A stretch of DNA of 64,000 nt, taken from IMG/VR virus record IMGVR_UViG_3300007609_000005, positions 1 through 64,000 of that record; one strand, written 5' to 3'. Every line of letters starts with the position of its first letter. Positions within the stretch are counted from its first letter, which is position 1. Below the pieces are notes generated by a model. It saw nothing but the letters and a program-made list of their open reading frames with translations, was not told where the DNA came from and ran no database searches. This stretch comes from a virus. A program made the translations under genes and the position numbers. This document shows, piece after piece, positions 18,354 to 28,925 of this stretch.

Positions 18354-18430
18354 TGGTGGGCCCAGCAGGGTTCGAACCTGCGACCTACGCTTTATGAGAA
18401 CGGTGCTCTAACCAACTGAGCTATGGGCCC
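18354..18430 (-). tRNA. tRNA with CAT anticodon (Ile2-like or Met)
   Basis: GGGCCCATAGCTCAGTTGGTTAGAGCA...CTCATAA...GGTTCGAACCC...GGGCCCACCA; canonical cloverleaf with encoded CCA. Confidence 0.92.
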
Positions 18431-18506
18431 AAAATTAACTTTTTTATCAATCTTGTTATACAAAGATAAACAAAAAGTTTAGAATAAAAAATAAATATAT
18501 AGAATA

Positions 18507-18983
18507 ATGAAATATATTAAAAAATATAACGAATCCACAGACAATTCAGATGAAGAATCTCTACTGAAGAGATTTGACGAACCCGTTAAAAAACTATATT
18601 ACAAACTATGTGAAGTTGATGAACTTAAGGATATTTTAACAGGTCGTGGATTGGTAAATATTCTCAGAGTGGTACAACATGAGATGGATGAGATGGATGG
18701 AGAACTACCAAAGGTCTATGGGACATGGTACGAAGAAACGCAAAGGAATTATATTGACCCAAATGAAACCCCAAATGATTACCCATATAGCGAACTTTAC
18801 GAAGCATTTGGACCAACACATGCACGTATATTATGGACACTACATTATGAACAAGATAGCATAATATTAGATACCGAAGAATACCACGTTCGAGAAGTTA
18901 ATGAAGAAGAACGCGCAAAATGGATAGAAGATTGTAAAAAAACATTGGAAATGATAAATAACCCACACGAATTGATATTATGA
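18507..18983 (+). CDS. hypothetical protein (N-tag)
   Basis: Starts MKYIKKYNES. Confidence 0.7.
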   Translation: MKYIKKYNESTDNSDEESLLKRFDEPVKKLYYKLCEVDELKDILTGRGLVNILRVVQHEMDEMDGELPKVYGTWYEETQRNYIDPNETPNDYPYSELYEAFGPTHARILWTLHYEQDSIILDTEEYHVREVNEEERAKWIEDCKKTLEMINNPHELIL

Positions 18984-19904
18984 GAATTTCTTATACGATA
19001 AAAACTTTTCGCTTTCCAATTTTCTCCTTTTAACAAGTCCCGGGAACTTCTTTCGATTCTTCAATCTCCAATTTTCTATTTTACGCCCCGCTTTTTCAAG
19101 ATCACCATTCTTTATATGCCTAATCACACTTGATCGATTCAAAGCACCAACACCACTATTATATGCAAGAGAAACCAAAACATCAAATTGATCCTGTGAT
19201 AATTTCACATCAATCCCTTTATCTTCAAATCTTTTCAAAATACGCCTAACGCCATTCGCAGAAACAGTAAGGTCTTGCTTCAAATACTCATATGCTTGAT
19301 CATATGTTATCTTATCACCGACTTTAATATTTGATTTTTTTGTTTTTTCGGCATGTCCCCAACCAATGGTAACCATACCATCACCAATACTATATGCTGT
19401 CAATACTGGTTTCCCTTTCTGTTTTATTGATCCTTCCTCATATTTAATATAATCCCAACCCTTCTGTGATAGTCTCATATTCTTTGGGTTTTTTTGCAAT
19501 TCCCAGGGTCTATCACTATAATCTATGGGTATTTCTTTCTTTTTGGGAATCTCATCAACACCACTAAATTCTTCACCGGATTCAACGGAAGTAACATCTT
19601 TTGTTGGAATTTTTTCCAATTCTTTCTCAACCAATTCAGTTACATTTGCATCATATGCCAATTCCTTTAACTCAACATCATTTGCAAATAGTTCAGACAC
19701 TTCTGAAATACTCGCCATCGTTATCAATGATGCCAGTCCATAGACCAATATCTTTCTTCGATACTTATAACCTTTTCTTAGTACCAATTTCAATAATTTC
19801 AAAAACTTGTCCCTAAGTGTGGTCTTAGATTCCAATAATAGCATATCTACCTCTTTTATATAGGTTTCAATTATAAATTCATCATATTTAGTGGATAGAT
19901 GCAT
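18978..19904 (-). CDS. GH24 phage-lysozyme domain protein with long N-terminal extension
   Basis: IKYEEG...AY..GDGMVTIGWGH, QDQFDVLVSLAYNSG, PGLVKRRKLE. Confidence 0.88.
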   Translation of the reverse strand: MHLSTKYDEFIIETYIKEVDMLLLESKTTLRDKFLKLLKLVLRKGYKYRRKILVYGLASLITMASISEVSELFANDVELKELAYDANVTELVEKELEKIPTKDVTSVESGEEFSGVDEIPKKKEIPIDYSDRPWELQKNPKNMRLSQKGWDYIKYEEGSIKQKGKPVLTAYSIGDGMVTIGWGHAEKTKKSNIKVGDKITYDQAYEYLKQDLTVSANGVRRILKRFEDKGIDVKLSQDQFDVLVSLAYNSGVGALNRSSVIRHIKNGDLEKAGRKIENWRLKNRKKFPGLVKRRKLESEKFLSYKKFS

Positions 19905-19932
19905 ACCCTATATATTAGGGACATGATCTTAT

Positions 19933-20400
19933 TTAGAATCCCTCCCAGAAGTCAGTACCCTCTTCATGGGGGATTATGTTAGAAGATTCATAATCCGAAT
20001 AACTCCCTTTGATGAATCTTTTGGTTTTCAAACTTATCGATTCAGCCTTATTAGCAGCATCTAAATTACCACCAAATTCAATAACTTCACCATCCTCATA
20101 AATAATATCTATCCTCCCATTTCGGAAAATGTCACGTGAGTTATCACCATCCTTCACGGATAATACCTCTTCCAATTTTCGATTTCGTACCATTGATTCA
20201 GAACCATATTCTTTCCAGAATTTATCTATATCAAGTATCTTACTAGGCAAACCAAGACGGGTCATTGCACCACCGAGACTCGAATATTTTTTAGCCTCTA
20301 ATGGAATGGTTGACCATTTATCTGATATTTTATCCTTATACCCACAATAATATGCCTCACCTCTCCATACTATGTACCAAAACTTTCTATTATTCTTCAT
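19933..20400 (-). CDS. hypothetical protein
   Basis: 155 aa; internal RNRKLEEVL. Confidence 0.6.
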   Translation of the reverse strand: MKNNRKFWYIVWRGEAYYCGYKDKISDKWSTIPLEAKKYSSLGGAMTRLGLPSKILDIDKFWKEYGSESMVRNRKLEEVLSVKDGDNSRDIFRNGRIDIIYEDGEVIEFGGNLDAANKAESISLKTKRFIKGSYSDYESSNIIPHEEGTDFWEGF

Positions 20401-20761
20401 TTAATAAATTTTCAATTTTTAATTTACGTTGATATTGATCATTAACATTCTTAAACATTTTTGAGTTAACCTCAACAAAATACCGATTAAGAAAAGTAGG
20501 ACTTACCAATTTTTCATCACCATACATAATATAATGTAGTTGATGTTCTATTCCAAACCATTCAACTATTATAGATGCCATCCCAAAACAATCACCTTCA
20601 AAAACGTCATAATCCTCATAATTCTTCCCATTATCCGGGTCTTGTAATGGAATTGTAAAACGTCCACTAATACCCAAATCAACACATTTGAACCATACAT
20701 ATTTATGTGGATCAAATCTATCGTCTTTATGCAACAATTTGAAAAATTCCTCACCCATCAT
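20390..20761 (-). CDS. hypothetical protein (C-tag)
   Basis: Ends RKLKIENLLNEE. Confidence 0.6.
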   Translation of the reverse strand: MMGEEFFKLLHKDDRFDPHKYVWFKCVDLGISGRFTIPLQDPDNGKNYEDYDVFEGDCFGMASIIVEWFGIEHQLHYIMYGDEKLVSPTFLNRYFVEVNSKMFKNVNDQYQRKLKIENLLNEE

Positions 20762-21935
20762 ATTCCATTTTTGCTTGTTCTAACCACTTCTGTGCATCCA
20801 TAAGTCTACGGGTCTGCTTCTCATATAATACTTTTATCATATCTACGAGATCTTTATCATTTATAACACCGATTGCAAGAGAGAATAGTTTATGTTTTGA
20901 ATGTTTCAAAGAAAAATCTTTCTTATCACCATCATATTCACTATCAAGAAAATCCATAACTTCCTTATATAACTTCTTTATCTTGAAATTCAATAATTCA
21001 TTTATTTCATTTACTGTCATTTTAACATAAACAGAAGTTTCATCCTCACCCAGTAAAGCAAGTGCATCGTCTATGGTTTCCTCAAATATCATCTTGAATA
21101 TGAGATTTTCCCTATTCAATTCCTCAGTGAAAAGGCCGTGTAAGTCGATATACCATTTTGTTTTCAACTTCACCATTTTTCCGTTCTCGAATTGAATAAC
21201 CCATCCTTCTTTATCTTCAAGGATATCTTTCAATTCAATCAATTTATCCAAAGTGTTATCCTCTGTCACAACGACAGAAACACCATTCAATATGTCTTGA
21301 AAATCATCTATATCAAGATATTCCCCTGTTCGGTTATCTCTTAACTGAAGTAATATAAGGTCAGTGTTCGAATAAGGAACGACAATCTTATTATCAGGTG
21401 ATACATATTCAAATACCGGGACTATATTTTTGGAAAGGAAGTAATCAACAACCCTTCTTATATTATCGTCTGTATCATATACTCTTTGAGAACCAATTGC
21501 CTGATCACTTATGAATGATGCCTTACTCTTTGCCCGAACACTACCATCCGGTAATTTGACAAAAGATGCAATTGAACCATCTTCTTTATTGAATATTCGT
21601 TCGATCTTTAAATCTTTAATAACTGAGTATAATGAACAAGGTGTTTGGTCTATATTGAAGAACTTATTCAATAACAGATACCTATCGTATAGAGTTCCAT
21701 CGTTATTGAACACATATGTAAGTCCTCTTAATTCATAAGCCTTTACACCACTATCATCACCCAATGGGTTTTCAAAATCCTTCCACTGTGCTAATCGGTA
21801 ATTGAATATAGATACATCAAACCCATTGACCACATGTTTGGTTTCATTGAATATAAGGTTATCATTTGCATCACACATTGCCCTACACTCATCATAGGTC
21901 GGTAAATAATATGTATGTGTTTGTCGATTCTCCAT
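20751..21935 (-). CDS. T4 Rnl1-like RNA ligase
   Basis: ELRGL, KFFN, KEDGS (motif I), FEYVSPDNKIVV, EGWV, KLKTKWY. Confidence 0.9.
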   Translation of the reverse strand: MENRQTHTYYLPTYDECRAMCDANDNLIFNETKHVVNGFDVSIFNYRLAQWKDFENPLGDDSGVKAYELRGLTYVFNNDGTLYDRYLLLNKFFNIDQTPCSLYSVIKDLKIERIFNKEDGSIASFVKLPDGSVRAKSKASFISDQAIGSQRVYDTDDNIRRVVDYFLSKNIVPVFEYVSPDNKIVVPYSNTDLILLQLRDNRTGEYLDIDDFQDILNGVSVVVTEDNTLDKLIELKDILEDKEGWVIQFENGKMVKLKTKWYIDLHGLFTEELNRENLIFKMIFEETIDDALALLGEDETSVYVKMTVNEINELLNFKIKKLYKEVMDFLDSEYDGDKKDFSLKHSKHKLFSLAIGVINDKDLVDMIKVLYEKQTRRLMDAQKWLEQAKMEYDG

Positions 21936-21971
21936 TTTAATATATACAAAGATAAGAAGTTTTTCTGAATT

Positions 21972-22223
21972 ATGAACACAACAGACATAAAATATAAGAT
22001 AAAATCACTTATTATATTAATAGGAATAACATACAATGAAATAGTCATTGATGTTCGAATAGGCAATTATCATTTCGACACCATAGAATGGGATAAAGAC
22101 GTAGATGATGTATTCTTACACACATTTGACGAAAACCTAAGTATCGAATTCACATTTGACCACTTAGAGGAAGACGTTAAAGAAGGTATATACAACCACC
22201 TAATGAAATTAGCAATATTATGA
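21972..22223 (+). CDS. hypothetical protein
   Basis: 83 aa ORF overlapping the next gene by ATGA. Confidence 0.55.
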   Translation: MNTTDIKYKIKSLIILIGITYNEIVIDVRIGNYHFDTIEWDKDVDDVFLHTFDENLSIEFTFDHLEEDVKEGIYNHLMKLAIL

Positions 22224-22903
22224 TAGAACCAAGTAAAAAATTGAAAAAAAGAATAATCGAATTCATTGAAGAAAATGATCTGGATTACAAAGTTATTGAC
22301 AATAAAATAACAAGATTCCAATTGGAATCATATGACGGTATTACTTTTTATATACAAGACACTGATGATAAATGTTATCTGGTAAAAGATTTCGTTGATG
22401 ATAACAATAACCAAAAATTCGAGTATTATGAAATGGAAAGTGTTACAAAATTATTAGAAACGTTATCCAATTACGATAAATCATTACATAAAACATATTG
22501 GCAGATGATACCAAGTACAGGTGAATATGGTGTCAAAATTGAAAAATATATTGATGACTGGTATTCAGATATAATAAATGAAAAATCCAAAATAGGTGAA
22601 ATGGAAAATGGGTTCTCATGTGTTGTTTTCGAAGATGATAGTTATAAGCCGGTCATCCGATCACCATTCAATACACTACACGAAGTCAGTGAACTAAATA
22701 ATATTGAACACACAACAGTTGAAAAACTTTATTTTGAAATACACCCAGTCGATTGCATGAATGAAAAATACATACTTAAATTACTGATAAATAATGAAGA
22801 GGTATTCAAAGAATACAATAATTTTTACGTATTCAGCAAAAAAGGACTGAAATTATTAATTGAAACCATTTTCACTGAAATGGAACAGTTCAAATTATCA
22901 TAA
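22220..22903 (+). CDS. hypothetical protein
   Basis: 227 aa ORF. Confidence 0.65.
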   Translation: MIEPSKKLKKRIIEFIEENDLDYKVIDNKITRFQLESYDGITFYIQDTDDKCYLVKDFVDDNNNQKFEYYEMESVTKLLETLSNYDKSLHKTYWQMIPSTGEYGVKIEKYIDDWYSDIINEKSKIGEMENGFSCVVFEDDSYKPVIRSPFNTLHEVSELNNIEHTTVEKLYFEIHPVDCMNEKYILKLLINNEEVFKEYNNFYVFSKKGLKLLIETIFTEMEQFKLS

Positions 22904-23392
22904 TTGACCCCTCTTACTTTTCATATATGCCTCTAAATCATCATAGGTTATTTGACCCGGATTGCTGAATACCTTATTTGGATCACTGACCTTCTGTGCC
23001 TTTTCAATTCTTTCCTGTTCCGCCTTCTTTGCCTTTTTATCTAATTTTGTTTCAATTTCCTTCAATAAGTAGCCGAGGTAGAAATTAATCCCCTTCTCAT
23101 TTACCAAAGCCTCGTCAAAATCAAATATAAATTCTTCCGAATCTTTATAAAATGCAATTTGGTCTTTTCGGATATAATGATCAACATAGAACATTATGTT
23201 TCCAATATTACCTTGTCCATAAATGGTAGTTTTATATCTAGTATTATAAAAATACGAGAATTTATCCTTCTCATTATAAACACGGTTTCCATTCTTTTCA
23301 ACTGTATTGACCAATCCAAGATTTGTTTGGAAATTAGGACTCTTCTTAACATACCCAATAACCTTCATATTTGTAACTATATTATAACTCAT
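22898..23392 (-). CDS. hypothetical protein
   Basis: 164 aa ORF. Confidence 0.65.
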   Translation of the reverse strand: MSYNIVTNMKVIGYVKKSPNFQTNLGLVNTVEKNGNRVYNEKDKFSYFYNTRYKTTIYGQGNIGNIMFYVDHYIRKDQIAFYKDSEEFIFDFDEALVNEKGINFYLGYLLKEIETKLDKKAKKAEQERIEKAQKVSDPNKVFSNPGQITYDDLEAYMKSKRGQL

Positions 23393-23423
23393 ATTTTATA
23401 TATGATGTAATACAATTCCCCTA

Positions 23424-24023
23424 TTATGTTTCAATCTCGAATTCTTCTTCACTTGAACCATACTCATCATCCAATTCTATCTTCAATTTAACTATGAGGT
23501 CTTCATCAATATCAGATATTTTAACGGTTCTTGGACCCAATTGACCAACTATTTGATCAACATCATTATACTTCTTGAACTTAATGGAACATTCCTTAAT
23601 ATCATCATCAGAGAAATCGGACTCACCATCCTCCGGTCTTGCAGATTTCAAAGGTATCGCAACGTATAAATTATACCAACTCTCCGGGTCAGAAAATTTA
23701 AAAGTAACATTATCCATAGTAGATGAATAATTACTCAGTTCAGATGATTCAAGTCTAAGTCCCATATCGGTTAAAGATATACTCGAATTTTTCTTTTCCT
23801 TCTCCTTCCCTTTTTCAATTGCTTGGTTCAATGTTAGAATATTATCTCCTTCTTCTCCTTCTTCTTCACCTTCTCCTTCTTCTGATTTTGAATATGGTTC
23901 TTCTACTTGCTCCTCAAATAAGGAATCCACACGTTTCTTTATCTTCATAAGAGCATTCTTAATATACTCCTCCGGTGTGTCCTGGTGATTTTCGTTAAAT
24001 TGACTATATTTTAAAATGTTCAT
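23424..24023 (-). CDS. acidic hypothetical protein (N-tag)
   Basis: Starts MNILKYSQFNE after TAATATATA. Confidence 0.7.
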   Translation of the reverse strand: MNILKYSQFNENHQDTPEEYIKNALMKIKKRVDSLFEEQVEEPYSKSEEGEGEEEGEEGDNILTLNQAIEKGKEKEKKNSSISLTDMGLRLESSELSNYSSTMDNVTFKFSDPESWYNLYVAIPLKSARPEDGESDFSDDDIKECSIKFKKYNDVDQIVGQLGPRTVKISDIDEDLIVKLKIELDDEYGSSEEEFEIET

Positions 24024-24069
24024 AAACTATATATTAAATACATTCAATGGAAATTATTATATTTGTAAA

Positions 24070-24603
24070 ATGAGAAACCTTATATTACATTATATATCAA
24101 GTCTAATCTTTCTTTTCGGTAACCTATTTTGGATAATACCCAAATTGAATCCAGATGACATAATTACGTGGATATTAGCCGTTATAGTGTGGGTTCTTAC
24201 AACTCTTGTCACATCATTCTTAATGTTTTGCATAATATCATTTATCATTAGTGAAGAGTCCCTGCCGATAATATTCTCACCATTCATATATCTTTCTTTA
24301 AGATTTCCCAAAGTTAAACCACTCAATGGCAACACATTAAAAAATGTATATCTCTTCTACAGTGATAGAGAGTTGTGGGTATTTGAATTGAATCTATTCT
24401 ATATAATAGACATAAAATCACCCATTGAATATAATAAAGAGAGTAATATCCAAGAATTACTCAATGAAGAGTTAGAGGATTATATAAATAAACGTTTGGA
24501 TAAAATAGATCAAATGAAAAACGTTTCTGAATGGGATGGGTTTTTACTTGATAAGGACAGGCGTAACAACACAATTAAATCGATCATTGATAAAAAGAAG
24601 TGA
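24070..24603 (+). CDS. hypothetical membrane protein (C-tag)
   Basis: Start reassigned to the ATG after the TATATTTG box; TM segments; ends RNNTIKSII. Confidence 0.65.
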   Translation: MRNLILHYISSLIFLFGNLFWIIPKLNPDDIITWILAVIVWVLTTLVTSFLMFCIISFIISEESLPIIFSPFIYLSLRFPKVKPLNGNTLKNVYLFYSDRELWVFELNLFYIIDIKSPIEYNKESNIQELLNEELEDYINKRLDKIDQMKNVSEWDGFLLDKDRRNNTIKSIIDKKK

Positions 24604-24607
24604 CCAA

Positions 24608-25309
24608 TTATAACAACATCTCCTTTATAAATGCCCTTATCTTCATATAAATGGATTGATTCTTTGGGAATTTCATAGCCCTCATGGACATTATTGACTG
24701 CAAGTGTTTTAAATAAACACCACTTTCTGTTTTATTTATACCACTCACCAATTCCATCATATACTTTATACAAGCATCATCCCCCTTCTCTTCATATACA
24801 CCAACTATATCATCACAATCAATACTTGCCTTATCAAATATATCAATAGATGTCAATGATTCCTTCTGTGCCTCTGATTCTAACTCCTCAGGCGTTAATA
24901 TGGCTCTATTATAACCTTCCATCCTCAATCGATATCTTACTTTAACTCTATCAGAGATCTTACAAGGAGTACCCTCTTCGTTTATCTTAACAAACACAAC
25001 CTTTGTATCACAAACACAAAATTGATCACCATTCTCTACATTATGCTTCCTTGCTTCCAAATGTATAGTTATTGAAGTTTCTCCGAATTTAACAACTTCC
25101 CCATAAATCTTTATCAAATTACCAACCTTTACTGGCATATTGAATATTACCTCTTCGAATTTTACAGTCACTAACCTTGGGGAGTCTGTTAATTGGGCAG
25201 CATATGCTGCTCCTGCAAGGTCTAACCAACTTAACATAACTCCACCGAACAAATTATTACTGACACCCATATCAGATGCTAGTGCCGTTTTAGTTGTTAT
25301 TAATTCCAT
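24608..25309 (-). CDS. hotdog-fold acyl-CoA thioesterase with C-terminal extension
   Basis: DMGVSNNLFGGVMLSWLDLAG...LVTV...F..PVKVG...G.TSI. Confidence 0.85.
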   Translation of the reverse strand: MELITTKTALASDMGVSNNLFGGVMLSWLDLAGAAYAAQLTDSPRLVTVKFEEVIFNMPVKVGNLIKIYGEVVKFGETSITIHLEARKHNVENGDQFCVCDTKVVFVKINEEGTPCKISDRVKVRYRLRMEGYNRAILTPEELESEAQKESLTSIDIFDKASIDCDDIVGVYEEKGDDACIKYMMELVSGINKTESGVYLKHLQSIMSMRAMKFPKNQSIYMKIRAFIKEMLL

Positions 25310-25319
25310 TTCTCTATTT

Positions 25320-26078
25320 TCATTTTTTATATGTTATTGACCAATTCTTTGGTAAATGGCCACAACTATTGTTTTCTAAGAAGTGTTTTCGCCACATCTC
25401 AACGAACTCTTGATAGTCATCTATATTCTCACAAACAATCTCACCATGGTTCTTAATATTCTTTGTAATTAGTTGATTACTCAGATAAACCAACCTTCTA
25501 TTTGTGATACGTTCCCAACCAAAATTTTCCCTTAAAATATTTTTCATTTCTTCAATACGTTCTTTCGGTACTTTTTCTTGATATAAGAGACAATGTGCAA
25601 TTCTCTTCATTTTAGAAGCAGTCTTATCAAAATCTGTTATTCCGGAAATAGGTGCATCATACATATCACCCAATTCCTTCTTAACTATATCTGCCTTCCT
25701 CTCATATGATTCATGACATTCAGGACACATTACAAGCACATCGTGGAAATTATGACTCTTCAACTCAATAGGGAAATATTTACGATAACAATAAGGTATG
25801 ACATGATGCCGAGTCAAGAACTCATCCGACCCACAATTAACACACTTGTTCTCCATCTTAACAAGTCCCCATTCACTATTATGATATCCCTTCCCCTTTG
25901 GTTCAAAATTCAGTCTTATAACCATTGGGTCATCTGAAATAATATCAGCCAATCCCTTCTTCAAATACCAATTGGTCTTTCTTTCACCACAACGGAACAT
26001 AAGAGTCCCATCAGGAGATTGAACTTGACAATTTCCATATACCTTCCGGTCTTTATCAACTGTCTTTCTAAGACCCAT
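25320..26078 (-). CDS. HNH-like protein resembling the EXD2 C-terminal domain
   Basis: YGNC...SPDG..MFRC..RK.NWYLKKG, ENKCVNCG...HHVIP..YRKYFP...KSHNFHDV..MC..CH. Confidence 0.7.
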   Translation of the reverse strand: MGLRKTVDKDRKVYGNCQVQSPDGTLMFRCGERKTNWYLKKGLADIISDDPMVIRLNFEPKGKGYHNSEWGLVKMENKCVNCGSDEFLTRHHVIPYCYRKYFPIELKSHNFHDVLVMCPECHESYERKADIVKKELGDMYDAPISGITDFDKTASKMKRIAHCLLYQEKVPKERIEEMKNILRENFGWERITNRRLVYLSNQLITKNIKNHGEIVCENIDDYQEFVEMWRKHFLENNSCGHLPKNWSITYKK

Positions 26079-26620
26079 TAGATTTTCTCTACCTGTCCAA
26101 AGGTAAGTTCCATATCGGTAACTCTATTGAAAATAGATACTTGCATCTTCAATTTCTGACGATCATTATCAACATCAGTAATAGTTCCCTTGAAAGTTGC
26201 AAATGGACCATCAGTTACTTTAACCTCTTCACCTACAGCATAAAGATTACTAACATCAAGTTCTTGTTCTTCTTTATGATCACTGAACAGTTTATCAACT
26301 TCTCTTTGTCGCATAGGCGTTATTGAACCATCTCTTCCCTTTACAAAACCACCCGCACCATTTATATTTCTCAATATCTGATTTACCTCACCGGTTGCAG
26401 ATGTTTCTATGAAAATGTATCCAGGCATCATAACCTTCTCTTTGATAATTTTCTTACCATCTTTTATGGATAATGATTTTTCAATCGGAATTATAGAATC
26501 ACCTAATATATTACTCATTCCATCGGATTCTAATTCACTCTTAAGCCTTTCCATAACTTTCTTTTCTCTATTTGCCTGTGTTTTTACCACATACCACTTC
26601 ATATTCTTATTTTTTTCCAT
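26078..26620 (-). CDS. nusG: transcription termination/antitermination factor NusG
   Basis: KWYVV...[47 protein letters not shown]. Confidence 0.93.
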   Translation of the reverse strand: MEKNKNMKWYVVKTQANREKKVMERLKSELESDGMSNILGDSIIPIEKSLSIKDGKKIIKEKVMMPGYIFIETSATGEVNQILRNINGAGGFVKGRDGSITPMRQREVDKLFSDHKEEQELDVSNLYAVGEEVKVTDGPFATFKGTITDVDNDRQKLKMQVSIFNRVTDMELTFGQVEKI

Positions 26621-26657
26621 TTATTTAATTGTTTATTTATTTAGTTATTATATCTTG

Positions 26658-27011
26658 TTATCTTATTTGTTGTAGTAATGTTTCTAATTTATAATCTCTT
26701 GACCGCTTAATGAATGGCTGTGCCCTTGAACCAAAATATTCATCTTTCTCAACAAAATCATATATTTTAGATGACCTCAACACAGTACATAATTCATCTT
26801 TACCTTCTACATACATTCTAAATATACTTTCTCCAACATCAACATTACAAGCCTTTAAATCTTGAACCATTTCTATTGAAATGTTAGCTGACTTTAAAAA
26901 ACAACCGGTCTTCTCATCAAAAAGTACTAAGAAACAAATAAAATTTTCTGGTACGGTATACATACCAACACACGAAAGACCATTTATTATTTCTGTTGGG
27001 TACTTATACAT
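26658..27011 (-). CDS. hypothetical protein (C-tag)
   Basis: Ends RDYKLETLL. Confidence 0.6.
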   Translation of the reverse strand: MYKYPTEIINGLSCVGMYTVPENFICFLVLFDEKTGCFLKSANISIEMVQDLKACNVDVGESIFRMYVEGKDELCTVLRSSKIYDFVEKDEYFGSRAQPFIKRSRDYKLETLLQQIR

Positions 27012-27205
27012 CTTTCAATTTCTTCATTTATTTTAATACCATAATCATTCAGTTCGTCCAAATTATTACACGAACACACCATTAATTCATTACGAATTGA
27101 AACCAATTCAGTACTCTTGAATTTACCCAACCATTCAGTTATACTATCAACCAAATAATTCCTATATTCATATCTAAATACTAGGTGTGTGATTTCTTCA
27201 GCCAT
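26987..27205 (-). CDS. hypothetical protein
   Basis: 72 aa ORF overlapping its neighbours. Confidence 0.5.
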   Translation of the reverse strand: MAEEITHLVFRYEYRNYLVDSITEWLGKFKSTELVSIRNELMVCSCNNLDELNDYGIKINEEIERCISTQQK

Positions 27206-27570
27206 TTCAATTCTTCTTTAACCATATTCGGATATTTTTTGAATAATATGTCCAAGTCTTCCATCTTATCCAATTGTAAATTTGTCATTAGAATCATTCT
27301 ATCATCCTTATGAATAATATCTTTGGGTTTACTTGACTTGGACCAAAAATCTTCTGGATATGACTTATCCGCCATAAAATAATACCATATATTCAACATA
27401 CTCACGGGATCTTGACCCTTCAGATTCAATAGGGCAGAATGATATGGAAACATCTTCGACAAAAACCTATTCATTATAAAGGCGTTCTTCTCCTTTTCCT
27501 CATCCGTAATCGTATGCCAATCACCTCTGTTTTTAAACATCGCATTAGAAACTTCCAACAAACTACTCAT
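27181..27570 (-). CDS. hypothetical protein, possibly clamp-loader small subunit (T4 gp62-like)
   Basis: FIMNRFLS motif and size; weak resemblance only. Confidence 0.4.
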   Translation of the reverse strand: MSSLLEVSNAMFKNRGDWHTITDEEKEKNAFIMNRFLSKMFPYHSALLNLKGQDPVSMLNIWYYFMADKSYPEDFWSKSSKPKDIIHKDDRMILMTNLQLDKMEDLDILFKKYPNMVKEELKWLKKSHT

Positions 27571-27928
27571 CCTTTAAAATTTTTCTAAGTGTCACATTAC
27601 GTACAATACTTGGATCATAATAATTCAAGTATTCTATTGGGAATATATCCAAAAGTTGTTCATATGTTATAAATGAATCCCAGTTAGTATTTTTGGTGTG
27701 TTCTAATAATTCACCATCCCAATCAATACCATCCTTCTTGATCTCATCAAACTTTTCATTTAGTTCCAATAATATTTCCTTTGAGGAATCATCTTCCCAA
27801 TTGATATAATCAGAACAAATTCTCATCAGTTCCACATTACTCATATCATAAGAACTTTCAAGTATGGAAGACCAATCCCATTGCCAATCAACATATTTTT
27901 TATTGTCATAATTCCCCACAAATCTCAT
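27563..27928 (-). CDS. hypothetical protein (C-tag)
   Basis: Likely start MRFVG at 27928; ends RNVTLRKIL. Confidence 0.6.
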   Translation of the reverse strand: MRFVGNYDNKKYVDWQWDWSSILESSYDMSNVELMRICSDYINWEDDSSKEILLELNEKFDEIKKDGIDWDGELLEHTKNTNWDSFITYEQLLDIFPIEYLNYYDPSIVRNVTLRKILKDE

Positions 27929-28889
27929 TCCATTTTTCTTCAAGAGATTTCTTGATATCAGTTGGGAAAAATTCAGTTTCCAATTGTACCATTTTCCTAT
28001 TCTCTTGTACCCTATTTGAAATTGACTCAATTTTATCCTTTCCCAATTTCTTCTTTTCACAGATGAGATCACCTATATTCTCTGCTAGGTCAGGATCATC
28101 AATATCCAAAGGTCCGAATTCCTTTATATAATTATTTAAAATGGTCTTTGCACCTTTAACCCCAATTCCTCTCAATTTACCGGTTGTTGTTCTACCCAAA
28201 TAAACAGACTTTATATTATCTGATGCATCACCGGAAATTATCTTAGATATTAAGGATTCTGTCCAATCTATCTCAGTGGTCTTATGACTTGTGGTCAATG
28301 TCTCACATAAGTTCAGAAATTCAGAATTATCATTCATATTGAAGATATCATCATTAGGTTTATCCCCTATCTTATTTAAGAACATCTTGTAATTCATTGG
28401 CATGAACACACTCTTGTTGTTATACATTTCATTGGAAATGAAATTTATCCATTCGTCTTCAAGATCCATCCTTACCAACTGTTTTATATCGTGGTCATTC
28501 GTTACTATAAGGTTGGATTCCCCAACACTATTTGTTTTTTCACATATAAGTGCAATCCAATCATCACCCTCAATACGTGGATATTCAAGTACTTTTATAA
28601 AACTTCTTCTTTCCTTAAATTCATTATATGTGTTATAAACAAAGTCCCAATCAATATCATTGTCCTTTTTTCTATTCGATTTGTATTTTTTACTCAATTC
28701 CTTTCTCCAAGAACGTTCCTTGGAATCACTCACCAAATAAATTGTGTGGAATGGGTATAATTTACGATAGTTGCTCAGTGTATTTTCCAATGCCTGGTCA
28801 AGTGCCCCATATAAAAGGTTATTTTTGTGTAATGTGAAAACTAATTTTGATAAAATATAATTTCCATCCAATATAAGATTAAGTAACAT
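27906..28889 (-). CDS. T4 RNase H-like 5'-3' exonuclease (FEN family)
   Basis: LDGN, SWRK...YKSNR, EGDD, NDHDIKQL, GDASDNI, GIG.K. Confidence 0.88.
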   Translation of the reverse strand: MLLNLILDGNYILSKLVFTLHKNNLLYGALDQALENTLSNYRKLYPFHTIYLVSDSKERSWRKELSKKYKSNRKKDNDIDWDFVYNTYNEFKERRSFIKVLEYPRIEGDDWIALICEKTNSVGESNLIVTNDHDIKQLVRMDLEDEWINFISNEMYNNKSVFMPMNYKMFLNKIGDKPNDDIFNMNDNSEFLNLCETLTTSHKTTEIDWTESLISKIISGDASDNIKSVYLGRTTTGKLRGIGVKGAKTILNNYIKEFGPLDIDDPDLAENIGDLICEKKKLGKDKIESISNRVQENRKMVQLETEFFPTDIKKSLEEKWNEICGEL

Positions 28890-28925
28890 AATATGTTATG
28901 TTTTATTATTATAACATATTGTAAA

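Noticed and set aside
958-26620. Cellular (bacterial chromosome) origin suggested by glnS, asnS, rho and nusG
   Set aside because: There is no ribosomal or operon context, and T4-like topoisomerase, Rnl1, RNase H, lysozyme, terminase-like gene and many small orphans indicate a large phage
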